Shown: piece after piece, positions 9,827 to 19,603 of the stretch | How positions within the stretch are numbered: position 1 is the stretch's first letter | How the letters are laid out: every line of letters begins with the position of its first letter | Assembly: GCA_045224495.1 (NCBI GenBank) | Contig: JBGVAK010000025.1 | Coordinates: 1-45,408, forward strand | DNA length: 45,408 nucleotides | Direction of reading: 5' to 3' | Source: Christensenellales bacterium | GTDB lineage: Bacteria > Bacillota > Clostridia > Christensenellales > CAG-138 | Notes under the pieces: model-generated | Seen by the model: the letters and a program-made list of their open reading frames with translations, nothing else | Databases searched by the model: none | Told to the model about the DNA's origin: nothing | Made by a program: the position numbers and the translations under genes

Positions 9827-10791
9827 TCCTTGTCCCTCCTGTCGATGTCTATGGATTCCGTTTGGATGTCGCCGTTCTGATCATATTCAGTCAAAATGAC
9901 TCTGTCATACAGGGGCAGCTGTTTGGAAAGGTCGTACAGCTGCTCTATATCCTCCTGGCGCTCTGCTTCGCAGCTTGGCGCATCAAGGCCTCTGGCACAT
10001 AGGCGAACGTCCGTAAAGCCCCGTTCCTTCGCCACGCGGACGGCTCGACCTAATCCGTATGTCTCGCTGAGCGGTGCGGCTATATCCGGCACGGAAAAAC
10101 CGTCGATGAGGAGCTTGCGCCCGGGCAGCACGCCGAAGAAGCAGCGATGCTCCTTCCCCGCCGCGTCCGGGATCATCTCTGAAAAATACCGACCGTGCCG
10201 AAAAGCGGCGGCCGTATAGACCGCGCCTTCGCCGCCGGGGCTCAGGGGCAGCATCTTGAGATACAGCCCGTCGTCCGCCGCGTAGAGCATCCGCATGGTC
10301 TCCCGGCAGAGAGCCTCCCGCCGAGCATAGGGCAGCTCGCCCTTTGGCAGGATCAGCGCCCGGACGCGAAAAGGTTCCTTCTCCTTCGCCTCTATATGTT
10401 CCGGGAACAGCCCTTCGCCGCCCTCACGGGGGACGACGGTCCTGTCCTTGGTTATATCCGCCAGGGGACGGCATTTCGTATACAGTTCCAGATAATTTTC
10501 CTGGACCGCCGGCTCATACAGGGTCACCGCGCTCATGAGCCGCCCGTCCTGCCGCCAGAGGAGGCTGTTTTTCCGGCTGGGCGGGATGACCTTCGGCGCC
10601 ACGACGGCGATGTAGATGAGCCTGTCGGGATCATAGAGCTCTGTGGCTTCCGCCTCCTGCAGGGTGCTGTCCTCCGTCAAATCCGCATAGGTGAGGGCAG
10701 GCAAGACATAGGACCAGCAGCGCTTCCTGGTCTCCAGGGAATAGTCCTCCACAGGAAATCTGAATCCAACGGGGAAACCGCCCCAATTCAT
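9778..10791 (-). CDS. Hypothetical protein; C-terminal part resembles a degenerate glycerate kinase (GlxK) N-terminal domain
   Basis: Overlaps both neighbours, consistent with an operon. LPLSPGGEG...FFGVL...ETYGLGRAV resembles GlxK 'P.ADGGEG...TYGTGELI'. Confidence 0.55.
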   Translation of the reverse strand: MNWGGFPVGFRFPVEDYSLETRKRCWSYVLPALTYADLTEDSTLQEAEATELYDPDRLIYIAVVAPKVIPPSRKNSLLWRQDGRLMSAVTLYEPAVQENYLELYTKCRPLADITKDRTVVPREGGEGLFPEHIEAKEKEPFRVRALILPKGELPYARREALCRETMRMLYAADDGLYLKMLPLSPGGEGAVYTAAAFRHGRYFSEMIPDAAGKEHRCFFGVLPGRKLLIDGFSVPDIAAPLSETYGLGRAVRVAKERGFTDVRLCARGLDAPSCEAERQEDIEQLYDLSKQLPLYDRVILTEYDQNGDIQTESIDIDRRDKECASSILSRRSGTAEN

Positions 10792-12716
10792 GCTTCGCCC
10801 TCCTTCTCCAACCGTGTTCTCTCGTTTTCAGCCCGTTCCAACGCCTCGTACAGGCGTCCTTCCTCCTCCTGAAGCTGTCCCAAAGCGACGCACAGCTTTT
10901 GCATCCCTTCAAAATCGCCCCTGGCTTCCGCCTTTTCTATATCGGCTTCGGTTTGGGCCTGGGCCTGCTCGTTTTCCTCGATGGCTCGCTCCGTCTTCAG
11001 GATTTCCTGCTTTGCTGCCGCCAAGGCAGCCTTGAACTCCTTTTGCTTGAGATAATAGTTGCTCCTGCTGTCCTGAGGCTGCTTCTCCTGCTTCTGTACG
11101 GGCCGTACCCGCAGCCGATCGAAGACGCTGTCCTCGCCCTCCTCCGGCTCCACGAAGCCGTCCTTTTCGAGAAGGACCACCCGATCCGCCATGCGCTCCA
11201 CAAGATATCTATCGTGCGTCACGATGAGGATCGTGCCGCCAAAGGCTTCCAAAGCCCGCTCCAACACCTCGCAGCTGGTGATATCGAAGTGGTTGGTGGG
11301 CTCGTCCAGCAGGAGGACGTTGGCCCCGCCCATGACCAGCTGCAGCAGCTTTATCCGGGCCCGCTCGCCGCCGGACAGGGTGGAGATGCGCTTATAGATG
11401 TCGTCGCCCCGGAACAGGAACGCGCCAAGATAGTTCCTCAGTTCCCCTTCCACCGCATGGGGAAAGGCGTCCTGCATCTCCTCCAGGATGGTTTTCTCCG
11501 GGTCCAGGTTGTCGGTATTTTGCTGGAAGTACCCCAGCCGCACCCCGGCGCCCAGGCGGAAATGGCCCTCCGTGGGCGGCAGCTGCCCCGTCAGCACCTT
11601 CAAAAAGGTGGATTTCCCACAGCCGTTGGCGCCCACCAGACACACCGTCTGCCCCTTCCAAATGAGCAGGTTCCCATGCTCGAACACCTTTCTGTCCCCA
11701 TAGGAAACGCCCAGATCCCTGACGTCGATGATCTCGTTGCCGGAAGGTTCCGCACCGCGGAAGTGGAAGTGGATGGCCGCCGGGTCCTTCTCCGGGGGCA
11801 CCAGGCCCTCCTTCAGGCGCTCGATCTGCTTCTCCTTGGAGGCGATGGTCACGTAGTTGTGGGCCTGGTTCCAGCGGCGCTGCTGCGCGATGATGCCCTC
11901 GATCCGGCGGATCTCCTTCATGGTCTGCTGGTACCGGCGCTCGGCGATCTGACGCTCGTCCATCTTCAGTTCCACATGACGGGTATAATTGCCCTTTGTG
12001 GCGATCAAATGGCCGTTTTCCAGTTCCAGCACCCGGTCCACCGACGCGTCCAGAAAGGCCCGATCGTGGGAGACCAGGATGTAGGCTCCCTTGTAGCCGG
12101 ATAAGAACTCCTGTAGATAGCAGACGGCGGCCACGTCCAGGTTGTTGGTGGGCTCGTCGAGGAGCAGCAGGTCCGCCTTGCGCAGGATGGCCCGGGCTAG
12201 CATGCCCTTGGCCACCTGTCCGCCGCTGAAACGAACGATGGGCCGGGACAGCTCCTCCTCTGTGAACCCCAGGCCCAACAGAGTGGATCGGGTCATGTTC
12301 CGGAAGGTCAGCCCGCCCTTCTGTTGGAAACGCTCCATGAGCCGGTACTGCCGATCGATGAGCCGATGCCGCTCCGTTTCCGCCGCCGTTTCGATGCGGA
12401 CGGAGATGTCGCCAAGTTCCCGCTCCCAGGAAAGCAGTTCCTCATGGGCCGAGAGGACGAAATCGTACAGCGTGACGTCCTCGGAAAGCTGGGGCAGCTG
12501 CTCCACGCAAGCCACGGTGCACTGGGGGCTCCGGGAGATATACCCGCCGTCCGGACGCAGGCGCCCCTCGATCATCTGGATCAGGGTAGACTTACCGCAG
12601 CCGTTTACGCCGATAAGACCGATTCGATCCCTCGGCCCCACTTCAAACGATATATCGGAGAAGAGGACCCTGTCGGCGAACTCCTTCCGTACCTGTACCA
12701 CATTCAATATAGCCAT
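10788..12716 (-). CDS. ABC-F family ATPase
   Basis: Two ABC cassettes (GVNGCGKST/LLDEPTNNLD and GANGCGKST/LSGGE/LLDEPTNHFD), no TM segments, C-terminal coiled coil; start at ATG 12716. Confidence 0.93.
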   Translation of the reverse strand: MAILNVVQVRKEFADRVLFSDISFEVGPRDRIGLIGVNGCGKSTLIQMIEGRLRPDGGYISRSPQCTVACVEQLPQLSEDVTLYDFVLSAHEELLSWERELGDISVRIETAAETERHRLIDRQYRLMERFQQKGGLTFRNMTRSTLLGLGFTEEELSRPIVRFSGGQVAKGMLARAILRKADLLLLDEPTNNLDVAAVCYLQEFLSGYKGAYILVSHDRAFLDASVDRVLELENGHLIATKGNYTRHVELKMDERQIAERRYQQTMKEIRRIEGIIAQQRRWNQAHNYVTIASKEKQIERLKEGLVPPEKDPAAIHFHFRGAEPSGNEIIDVRDLGVSYGDRKVFEHGNLLIWKGQTVCLVGANGCGKSTFLKVLTGQLPPTEGHFRLGAGVRLGYFQQNTDNLDPEKTILEEMQDAFPHAVEGELRNYLGAFLFRGDDIYKRISTLSGGERARIKLLQLVMGGANVLLLDEPTNHFDITSCEVLERALEAFGGTILIVTHDRYLVERMADRVVLLEKDGFVEPEEGEDSVFDRLRVRPVQKQEKQPQDSRSNYYLKQKEFKAALAAAKQEILKTERAIEENEQAQAQTEADIEKAEARGDFEGMQKLCVALGQLQEEEGRLYEALERAENERTRLEKEGEA

Positions 12717-12838
12717 ACTTTTCCAAATGCAGTATAGCATACATAGCCGCAAATGGGAACCTTTTGCAAAAAATTCAAACTTTGGACATGACGAAAAAGA
12801 GCCCATCCTGTATACTGACAGGGAGGCAAGGAATCCCT

Positions 12839-14125
12839 ATGAAACGACGTAAGCTTCCCTACATCCATATTTTACCGCGGATCCTGATCGGGGTCCTGGT
12901 TTTCGGCGGCCTGCTGTGCCTTCTGTACTTGCCCACGATCTCGCAAAACGTCCTGTCCATGAGCTCTGTAGCCGACGCCGGCTCGCCGGTGCCCACGGCC
13001 ACGCTCACCCCGTCCGCGGCCACCTTCTCCCCCACGCCCACACCCACAGCCACGCCCGCGCCCACGCCCACCGAAGGCCCCACCCTGCCGCCCTCCGACG
13101 TAGTGGTTTTATCCGTGTACACCACCCTCCGGCTGGGAGACGACAACGCCTCCGTCATGACCCTGCAGCAGCGGCTGACCGATTTAGGGTATCTCGATTC
13201 CGACGAACCCGGCTCGGTGTATAACGAATCCATAGCCAGCGCCGTAGTGCTCTTTCAACGGGCCTGCAACATGAACCAGACTGGCATCGCCGACAGTGCC
13301 ACCCAAACTTCCCTCTTCGCCGAAAAAGCCCAGACCTACCGCATCAAACGATCCGACATAGGCACCGACGTGCTGCGGCTGCAGCAGCGATTGGCCGAAC
13401 TGGGCTACTATACCGACCGTATCAACGGCTATTTCGGCCCCAATACGGAGCAAGCCGTCATGCAGTTCCAGGCCATCAACGACCTGGCCGTCACGGGAGA
13501 GCTGGATTACGGCGCCTGGAGCATCCTCTATTCCGAGGACGCCCTGCCCGTACCGGTCCTGCCCACGGACACGCCCACCCCCAGGCCAACGGCTCGGAGG
13601 ACCAGCTCCGGCAGCACGGCAAAAACCACAAAGAAGGCTGCCGGCAAGAGCACGTCGAAGGCTACGGCGAAGGCTGCCTCCGGCGGCAAGGGCAACGACG
13701 CGACGCCCAAACCTCAGGTGACCAAAGCCCCCTCCTCCGCCAAAAAGACCTATTCGAGCGTGGTGACCGCCGCCCAGGATCAGCTGGGCAAGCCCTACGT
13801 CTGGAGCGCGGAAGGCCCGGATTCCTTCGACTGCTCCGGCCTCGTATACTACTGCTTGAAGCAAAGCGGCCACAGCGTCAGCCGCCGCAGCGCCAAGGGC
13901 TTCTCCCAGACCGGCAGCTGGACGCTGATCTCCTCCATGAGCGAGCTCAGAGCCGGGGATCTGGTGTTCTTCAAGAGCGATTCCAAGGACAGCGTGAATC
14001 ATACCGGCATCTGCATCTCCAACAGCGTCATGATCCACGCCTCCTCCTCCAAGGGGCAGGTGGTCCGCAGCAACCTTCACCAGGCATACTGGGAGCGCAA
14101 CTTCGTTTGCGGCAGGCGGCCGTGA
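12839..14125 (+). CDS. Peptidoglycan-binding NlpC/P60 cell-wall endopeptidase
   Basis: N-terminal TM helix, Pro/Thr linker, two PG-binding repeats (LQQRL..LGY), and an NlpC/P60 domain (GKPYVW, FDCSGL, HTGI). Confidence 0.9.
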   Translation: MKRRKLPYIHILPRILIGVLVFGGLLCLLYLPTISQNVLSMSSVADAGSPVPTATLTPSAATFSPTPTPTATPAPTPTEGPTLPPSDVVVLSVYTTLRLGDDNASVMTLQQRLTDLGYLDSDEPGSVYNESIASAVVLFQRACNMNQTGIADSATQTSLFAEKAQTYRIKRSDIGTDVLRLQQRLAELGYYTDRINGYFGPNTEQAVMQFQAINDLAVTGELDYGAWSILYSEDALPVPVLPTDTPTPRPTARRTSSGSTAKTTKKAAGKSTSKATAKAASGGKGNDATPKPQVTKAPSSAKKTYSSVVTAAQDQLGKPYVWSAEGPDSFDCSGLVYYCLKQSGHSVSRRSAKGFSQTGSWTLISSMSELRAGDLVFFKSDSKDSVNHTGICISNSVMIHASSSKGQVVRSNLHQAYWERNFVCGRRP

Positions 14126-15009
14126 TGGGCTGCACCCTTTGTCCCAGAAACTGCAGCGTGGACCGGCAGAAGCAGCGAGGCTTCTGTGGGTGCGACCATA
14201 CCATGCGGATCGCCCGCATCGGCATACATCGCTACGAGGAACCCTGCCTCTCAGGTCCCGGCGGCTCCGGGGCGGTGTTTTTCTCCGGCTGCAACCTCCG
14301 ATGCGTATTCTGCCAGAACAAGGTGCTGCAGACCGGAAAGCTGGGCCAGGACTTTACGCCTCAAGCGCTGTCGGACGCTTTGCTGGAGTTGCAGCGTATC
14401 GGAGCGGAGAACATCAACCTGGTCACGCCTACGCCCCATGTGGACGGCATCTATCTGACCCTGGACCTTGCTAAGGACGCCGGCTTGACCCTGCCCGTCG
14501 TGTACAACACCAACGGATATCTGTCTGTGGATACTGTGGATAAGTTGTCTAAATATGTGGATATCTGGCTTCCTGACCTAAAATACCACGATCAGCGGCT
14601 GGCGGATCGATTCTCCGCCGCCCCTCGTTACTTCGAAACGGCCATGGCCGCCATCGGCCGGATGCTGGAACACAGCGGACAACTCCAGTTGGACGAAACC
14701 GGACGCGCAAAAAAAGGTGTCCTGATCCGACACCTTGTCCTGCCCGGCTGTGTATTTGATACCAGGGATGTTTTGGCCGCCATCGCGGCTCATTTCGGGA
14801 CGGACACCTATCTCTCGCTGATGCACCAGTTCACGCCCCAGCCCGACGGAAAGGCGCCCTTGAACCGCCGCCTGACCAAGCGGGAATACGAGAATGCCCT
14901 GGACGCCTGTCTATCCCTGGGCTTTAGCCGCGTCTACATCCAGGAGGAGCAGTCCGCCACCTTCGCCTTTACGCCGGAATTCTCCAGCCAGGTCACCGTT
15001 CAATCCTGA
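14125..15009 (+). CDS. Radical SAM protein, PflX/PFL-activase-like family
   Basis: N-terminal CTLCPRNC, EEPCLSG, and CNLRCVFCQN (CxxxCxxC); ATG overlaps the upstream TGA. Confidence 0.88.
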   Translation: MGCTLCPRNCSVDRQKQRGFCGCDHTMRIARIGIHRYEEPCLSGPGGSGAVFFSGCNLRCVFCQNKVLQTGKLGQDFTPQALSDALLELQRIGAENINLVTPTPHVDGIYLTLDLAKDAGLTLPVVYNTNGYLSVDTVDKLSKYVDIWLPDLKYHDQRLADRFSAAPRYFETAMAAIGRMLEHSGQLQLDETGRAKKGVLIRHLVLPGCVFDTRDVLAAIAAHFGTDTYLSLMHQFTPQPDGKAPLNRRLTKREYENALDACLSLGFSRVYIQEEQSATFAFTPEFSSQVTVQS

Positions 15010-15809
15010 TCTTTCAGCACATAGTTCTCCAAAAACCAGGCTACGCCCTCCTCCGCCTGGGCAGGGAGTATCATGTCCGACACGGTCTTCACGCTCTCCT
15101 TCCCGTTCGCCACACAACAGCCCACGCCGGCCCATTCGATCATGTCCTGATCCAGGGTGTTGTCGCCGATGGCGCAGGTCTGCTCCCGTCCTATGCCCAA
15201 TTCCGCGGCGAGAGCCGCCACGGCAGAGCCCTTGGTGGTCCCCACGTCGCCTATCTCGATGAATCCCGGCTTGGAACCCAGGGCATGCAGGTGCTGGGGC
15301 AAGCGCTCCGCTACCAGCTTTTTATCTGTCTCCTCCTCTGCCGGCGGTGCGTAGATCAGCACCTTCGGTACGTTGTTAAGGTCGTGTTCCAGCAGACGTT
15401 CGTCTACCCGCCAGGGCAGTTTCTGATTGGCGCAGTACTGCTCCGCAAAGGGCGTCATGCGCTGGAAGATCACTTCGTCCCCCTGGTAGATCTGTACATG
15501 GAGCCCCAGGTCGTTGGCGATGCGGATGCAGGTTTCCACATCCTCCGGAGTCAAAAACCGATGTATCTTGGGTGCGCCTGTGGCATAGTCCGCCACCAAA
15601 GCGCCGCCGAAGTTGATGATATAGTGGAACCCCTCCCCCATCTGTCTGCGTATGGCCTCCGTGCCGAGATACCCTCGGCCCGTAGCCAACACGATCTCCA
15701 CGCCCTGCGCCTGCGCCCGTCTCAGAGCGTTCAAGGAGCGCGAGGGAATGATGGACGAATGATCCACCAAGGTGTCGTCTATGTCCAATGCGACCAAACG
15801 AATATCCAT
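15000..15809 (-). CDS. Cof-type HAD-IIB hydrolase
   Basis: Motifs DIDDTL, ATGR and GDNTLD. Confidence 0.9.
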   Translation of the reverse strand: MDIRLVALDIDDTLVDHSSIIPSRSLNALRRAQAQGVEIVLATGRGYLGTEAIRRQMGEGFHYIINFGGALVADYATGAPKIHRFLTPEDVETCIRIANDLGLHVQIYQGDEVIFQRMTPFAEQYCANQKLPWRVDERLLEHDLNNVPKVLIYAPPAEEETDKKLVAERLPQHLHALGSKPGFIEIGDVGTTKGSAVAALAAELGIGREQTCAIGDNTLDQDMIEWAGVGCCVANGKESVKTVSDMILPAQAEEGVAWFLENYVLKDQD

Positions 15810-15812
15810 AAT

Positions 15813-17084
15813 TCATTCCCCCTTTCCCATGGCTGCGCGCACGGTCCCGGACATATACAGGGACCCGATAGCCAGCAGCACGTCGTCCGGTTCAGCTTCC
15901 TTCAAAAGCGTCTTCACGCCGTTCTCCACCGTACCCGCCGGTTCCGCTTCGCCGCCCAGGGCACGGATCTCCTCCGCCAGATCCTCGGCGGTCATGGATC
16001 GGGGCGAGTCGGGCTGGACGGTGATGAACCGCTTTGCAAGCGGCAGAAGCTGACGGATCATGTCCCCATGGTCCTTATCCGCCATGACGCCCATCATGAC
16101 GGTCACCTTACGGCCGGGGAACAGCTCCCGAAGAGTCTTGGCGGCGGCGGTGAAGCCGTGGGGGTTGTGGCCCCCGTCCAGCAAAAGCACCGGCTTTTCG
16201 GACAGCAGCTCCATGCGGGCCGGCCACTGGACCTTCTCCATACCTTCATAGACTGCCCTGTCGGGGATGGCCAGGCCGCCCCTCTTCAGCTCCTCCACCG
16301 CGGTCAGGACCACAGCGGCGTTCTTGACCTGGTGGCTGCCGATGAGGGGCAGATGGATGTGCGCATAGGGGCCGAAGGACAGGTCGTGGCCCCGGAGGGT
16401 GTGGGCGTGGTCCACCATGCGGCTATGGTCCGTGACCACCAGCCGGGAGCCCACCCGCCGGCAGGTATCGGAGAACACCTGGTCCGCTTCAGGGTTCTCC
16501 CCGTAGATCACGGTGGTGCCGCCGGGCTTGATGATGCCGGCCTTGGCGGAAGCGATCTCGGTCATAGTGTTACCGAGATACTTCATATGATCGAAGCCCA
16601 TGGCGGTGATGACGGTCAGCAGGGGCGTCTCGATCACGTTGGTGGAGTCGAACTCCCCGCCCATGCCCACCTCCAGGACCACCACGTCGCACTGCTGCTC
16701 CCGATAGTAGAGCATGGCGGCGCAGGTGATGAGCTCGAATTCTGAAGGCTTTTCGGCCATGGCGTCCACCACGGGCCGGATGCGCTCGAAAACGTCCACC
16801 AGGTCCTGATCGGAGATAGGCACGCCGTTGAGGGCGATGCGCTCGTTGAATCGGTTCACGAAGGGCGAGGTATAGAGGCCCGTTTTGTACCCGGCTGCCT
16901 GAAAAATGGATGCCAGCATGGCGCAGGTGGAGCCCTTGCCGTTGGTACCCGCCACGTGGACGAATCTCAGTTCCTTCTGCGGATCCCCCAGGAGGGACAG
17001 CAACTCTTTGGTCCGAGCAAGACCAGCTTTGGTCCCCGTCCAGTACATGCTGTGGATATAGGCTATGGTTTCTTCGTAATTCAT
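15813..17084 (-). CDS. folC: Folylpolyglutamate synthase/dihydrofolate synthase
   Basis: Motifs HVAGTNGKGS, YTSP, EVGMGG and DGGHNP; start at ATG 17084. Confidence 0.95.
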   Translation of the reverse strand: MNYEETIAYIHSMYWTGTKAGLARTKELLSLLGDPQKELRFVHVAGTNGKGSTCAMLASIFQAAGYKTGLYTSPFVNRFNERIALNGVPISDQDLVDVFERIRPVVDAMAEKPSEFELITCAAMLYYREQQCDVVVLEVGMGGEFDSTNVIETPLLTVITAMGFDHMKYLGNTMTEIASAKAGIIKPGGTTVIYGENPEADQVFSDTCRRVGSRLVVTDHSRMVDHAHTLRGHDLSFGPYAHIHLPLIGSHQVKNAAVVLTAVEELKRGGLAIPDRAVYEGMEKVQWPARMELLSEKPVLLLDGGHNPHGFTAAAKTLRELFPGRKVTVMMGVMADKDHGDMIRQLLPLAKRFITVQPDSPRSMTAEDLAEEIRALGGEAEPAGTVENGVKTLLKEAEPDDVLLAIGSLYMSGTVRAAMGKGE

Positions 17085-17113
17085 GTCGTTCGCCCCAAAT
17101 ACTCCTTTTGCGG

Positions 17114-18262
17114 TCACCGCTTTTGAGCGATGGTCCGGATGATCTTGTTCATATCGTCCAGGTGCAGCATCATGTCCTCAAAAAGCTTGAGCTGCGCCTG
17201 AGCCCGCTTCAGGTTCTGGTCCGGGTGATCGATCCTGAAGTATTTGTCCCCTACCAGGTAGTCGAGGAGGAACCGACTGGCCAGCTCCAGGGTGATGACG
17301 GCGGCGCCGGTGGCCAGGCTCTCGATCTCGTTTTGCGTGAGGACGCTGCCGGCTTCGCTCAGATACCCCTCCGTGTACGCCTGCATGAGCTCCAAGTCAA
17401 GGCCCATGCCCTCGGGCTGATCCTCCTCCGCCGTGCAGGCGGCAAAGCGGATCGTGTCGCCGAAGTCATAGCAGGCAAGTCCCGGCATACAGGTATCAAG
17501 GTCGATGATCACCAGCGGATCCAGGGTGTCCACGTCGAAGAGGATGTTGTTGGTCTTGGTGTCGTTGTGGGTCACGCGGATGGGCAGCTCGCCCCGTTCG
17601 ATCTGGCGGCAGAGAGTGCACCCAAAGTCTGCGTTGTCGCGGATCACCTGTATCTCCTCCCGGCAGGCGGAGGCCCGGCCGCAGGGATCGGCGTCCACAG
17701 CGTCAAAGAACGCTTGGAGGCGGTAAGCCGTGTCGTGGAAATGGGGGATGCTTTCGATGAGCTGAGACGCGTCGAAATCGGACAGCTGCCTAAGGAACTT
17801 TCCGAAGGCCTTGCCGCTCATGCGCAGCACCTCCGGATTCCCCTCCGCCGTTTCGAAGCTCTTGCTGTACTCGATAAAGTTGTATACCCGCCAAAACTCG
17901 TAGCGCTCGTCCAGGGGATCGAAGGGTTCGTCCGGCCCCATGACCACGCCGTCGTGGAGCACGATATAGTTGCGTCGGTCCTGGGTATGCCTGAAATGCA
18001 GCCGCCGACGCTTCTCCATCTTGGGCACAGCCTTGCGCACATGCTCCGTCAGCAGCTCGATGTTGCGCATCATGCCCACCGGGTCCCGGAACACGTAGGT
18101 GTTCACCCGCTGCACCAGGAATTGATACATCTCCTTCCCGTTGTAGAGCGCCACATAGTACGCCGTGTTGATATGGCCCGAGGGGATCCAGCGATAGACC
18201 ACGATCTCCCCTTCTATACGGAACTGCTTGAGTATATACGCCAGCTTTTCCTTTTCGTCCAT
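17114..18262 (-). CDS. APH/choline-kinase-like phosphotransferase (N-acetylhexosamine-kinase-like group)
   Basis: Motifs GHINTAY, QRVN, THNDTKTNN, IDLDT and DFGD; start at ATG 18262. Confidence 0.8.
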   Translation of the reverse strand: MDEKEKLAYILKQFRIEGEIVVYRWIPSGHINTAYYVALYNGKEMYQFLVQRVNTYVFRDPVGMMRNIELLTEHVRKAVPKMEKRRRLHFRHTQDRRNYIVLHDGVVMGPDEPFDPLDERYEFWRVYNFIEYSKSFETAEGNPEVLRMSGKAFGKFLRQLSDFDASQLIESIPHFHDTAYRLQAFFDAVDADPCGRASACREEIQVIRDNADFGCTLCRQIERGELPIRVTHNDTKTNNILFDVDTLDPLVIIDLDTCMPGLACYDFGDTIRFAACTAEEDQPEGMGLDLELMQAYTEGYLSEAGSVLTQNEIESLATGAAVITLELASRFLLDYLVGDKYFRIDHPDQNLKRAQAQLKLFEDMMLHLDDMNKIIRTIAQKR

Positions 18263-18344
18263 AGCCCTTCTCTTTTCGCCCATATTTATGTTTCTATGGG
18301 ATATAATAGCGGATTTCACCCCATAATTCAATACTGCCTGTCAC

Positions 18345-18378
18345 AAAAAAGAAAGCCCGCCAAAAAGCGGGCGTTTCT
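18345..18378 (-). terminator. Intrinsic terminator downstream of the CofE-like gene
   Basis: GCCCGC/GCGGGC stem with an A-tract on + (U-tract on -). Confidence 0.7.
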
Positions 18379-18390
18379 CTAAGCCGTCTC

Positions 18391-19572
18391 TTACGCGTCG
18401 GCGTAGTTGTTGAAATAGTTCTGCACCAGCACGATGGGGGTACCCTTGTCACCGCTGCCGCTGGTCAAGTCGCACAGGGAGCCGATGAGGTCCGTGAGCC
18501 GCCGGGGCGTGGTGCCCTGGGAGACCATCTGGCCCTTCAGACTGGCGTTCTTCTCCCGGATGCGCTGCTCGATGGCTTTCCGGAGCTCTGCGCCGCTCAG
18601 GCCCTTGAAATCATTGTCCGCCAGGTACTTGAGCTTCAGCTCGTTGGGCAGGCCGTTGAGTCCCGCCGTAAAGCCGGGGGACACCACCGGGTCAGCCAGC
18701 TCCCAGATCTTGCCCACGGGGTCCTTGAAGGCGCCGTCGCCGTAAACCATGGCTTCCACGTGGACGCCGGTGCGGGCGATTAACTCCGCCTGGATGGCCT
18801 CCGCCACCGCTTGAGCGTTCTTGGGGAAGAGCTTGATGGTGTTTTCCGTGGCCTTGTTGGAGCCCAAGAGGCCGTATTCCGGCTGATAGCCGCTGCCGTC
18901 CAAGGACTCGTTCATGATGTCGCAGAGGGTCAGGACCTTCTTGGCGCCGGCCTTGACGAGGCGCTTTTTCGTCCGCTCCCGCTCATGGATGTTCGCGCAG
19001 AGAGCCGTGTCGGTGTAGGCAAGGATAGCCGTGGGATCGTTGGCAAAGACGATCTCAGCTTCCGCCCCCTCCTCCTCGATGAGGCTGCGGTAGTACTCCA
19101 CATAGTTGACGCCGGTAAAGGTGTGCTTCGGCTCCCCGAAGAGCTCGATGAACTGCTTCTCGGATAAGGTGGCGGAATAGGGATTCACGCCGGAATCCAG
19201 CAGAGCATCCTCGTCCACCAGATGGTTCCCCTCTTCGTCCGCCGGGTAGGACAGCAGCACCACGACCTTTTTGGTGCCGCGGGCGATGCCCCGCAAACAG
19301 ATAGCGAACCGGTTGCGGCTCAGGATAGGAAAGACCACGCCCACGGTGTGGCCCAGCTTGCGCTGCACGTCCCGGGCGATATCGTCCGTAGTGCAGTAGT
19401 TGCCGTCAGCCCGGGCTACCACGGCTTCGGTCACGGCCACCACGTCCCGATCATGAAGGGTGAAATGCTCCTGCTGAGCTGCCTGCAGCACGGAGTCCAC
19501 AACGATGGAAACGATATCGTCTCCCTGACGAATGATGGGGGCCCGAATGCCCCGTGAGATCGTACCTGCCAT
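18391..19572 (-). CDS. Coenzyme F420-0:L-glutamate ligase-like (CofE family) protein
   Basis: Motifs GIRAPIIRQGDDI, VAVTEAVVAR, YGDGAFKDP and DLTSGSGDKGTPIVLV; start at ATG 19572. Confidence 0.75.
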   Translation of the reverse strand: MAGTISRGIRAPIIRQGDDIVSIVVDSVLQAAQQEHFTLHDRDVVAVTEAVVARADGNYCTTDDIARDVQRKLGHTVGVVFPILSRNRFAICLRGIARGTKKVVVLLSYPADEEGNHLVDEDALLDSGVNPYSATLSEKQFIELFGEPKHTFTGVNYVEYYRSLIEEEGAEAEIVFANDPTAILAYTDTALCANIHERERTKKRLVKAGAKKVLTLCDIMNESLDGSGYQPEYGLLGSNKATENTIKLFPKNAQAVAEAIQAELIARTGVHVEAMVYGDGAFKDPVGKIWELADPVVSPGFTAGLNGLPNELKLKYLADNDFKGLSGAELRKAIEQRIREKNASLKGQMVSQGTTPRRLTDLIGSLCDLTSGSGDKGTPIVLVQNYFNNYADA

Positions 19573-19603
19573 AGCTTTTTCTCCTTTTCGTTTGGCAAAA
19601 AAC

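Noticed and set aside
10788-12716. Antibiotic-resistance ABC-F
   Set aside because: Housekeeping operon context with no attenuator leader or mobile element; subfamily cannot be assigned by eye.
12985-13095. Pro/Thr-rich repetitive DNA (also near 3140-3230, 13550-13750, 33970-34100, 35620-35830)
   Set aside because: Low-complexity linkers of surface proteins, not independent repeat elements.
17114-18262. Aminoglycoside resistance kinase
   Set aside because: Motifs fit the widespread sugar-kinase-like branch of the APH fold, and the context is housekeeping.
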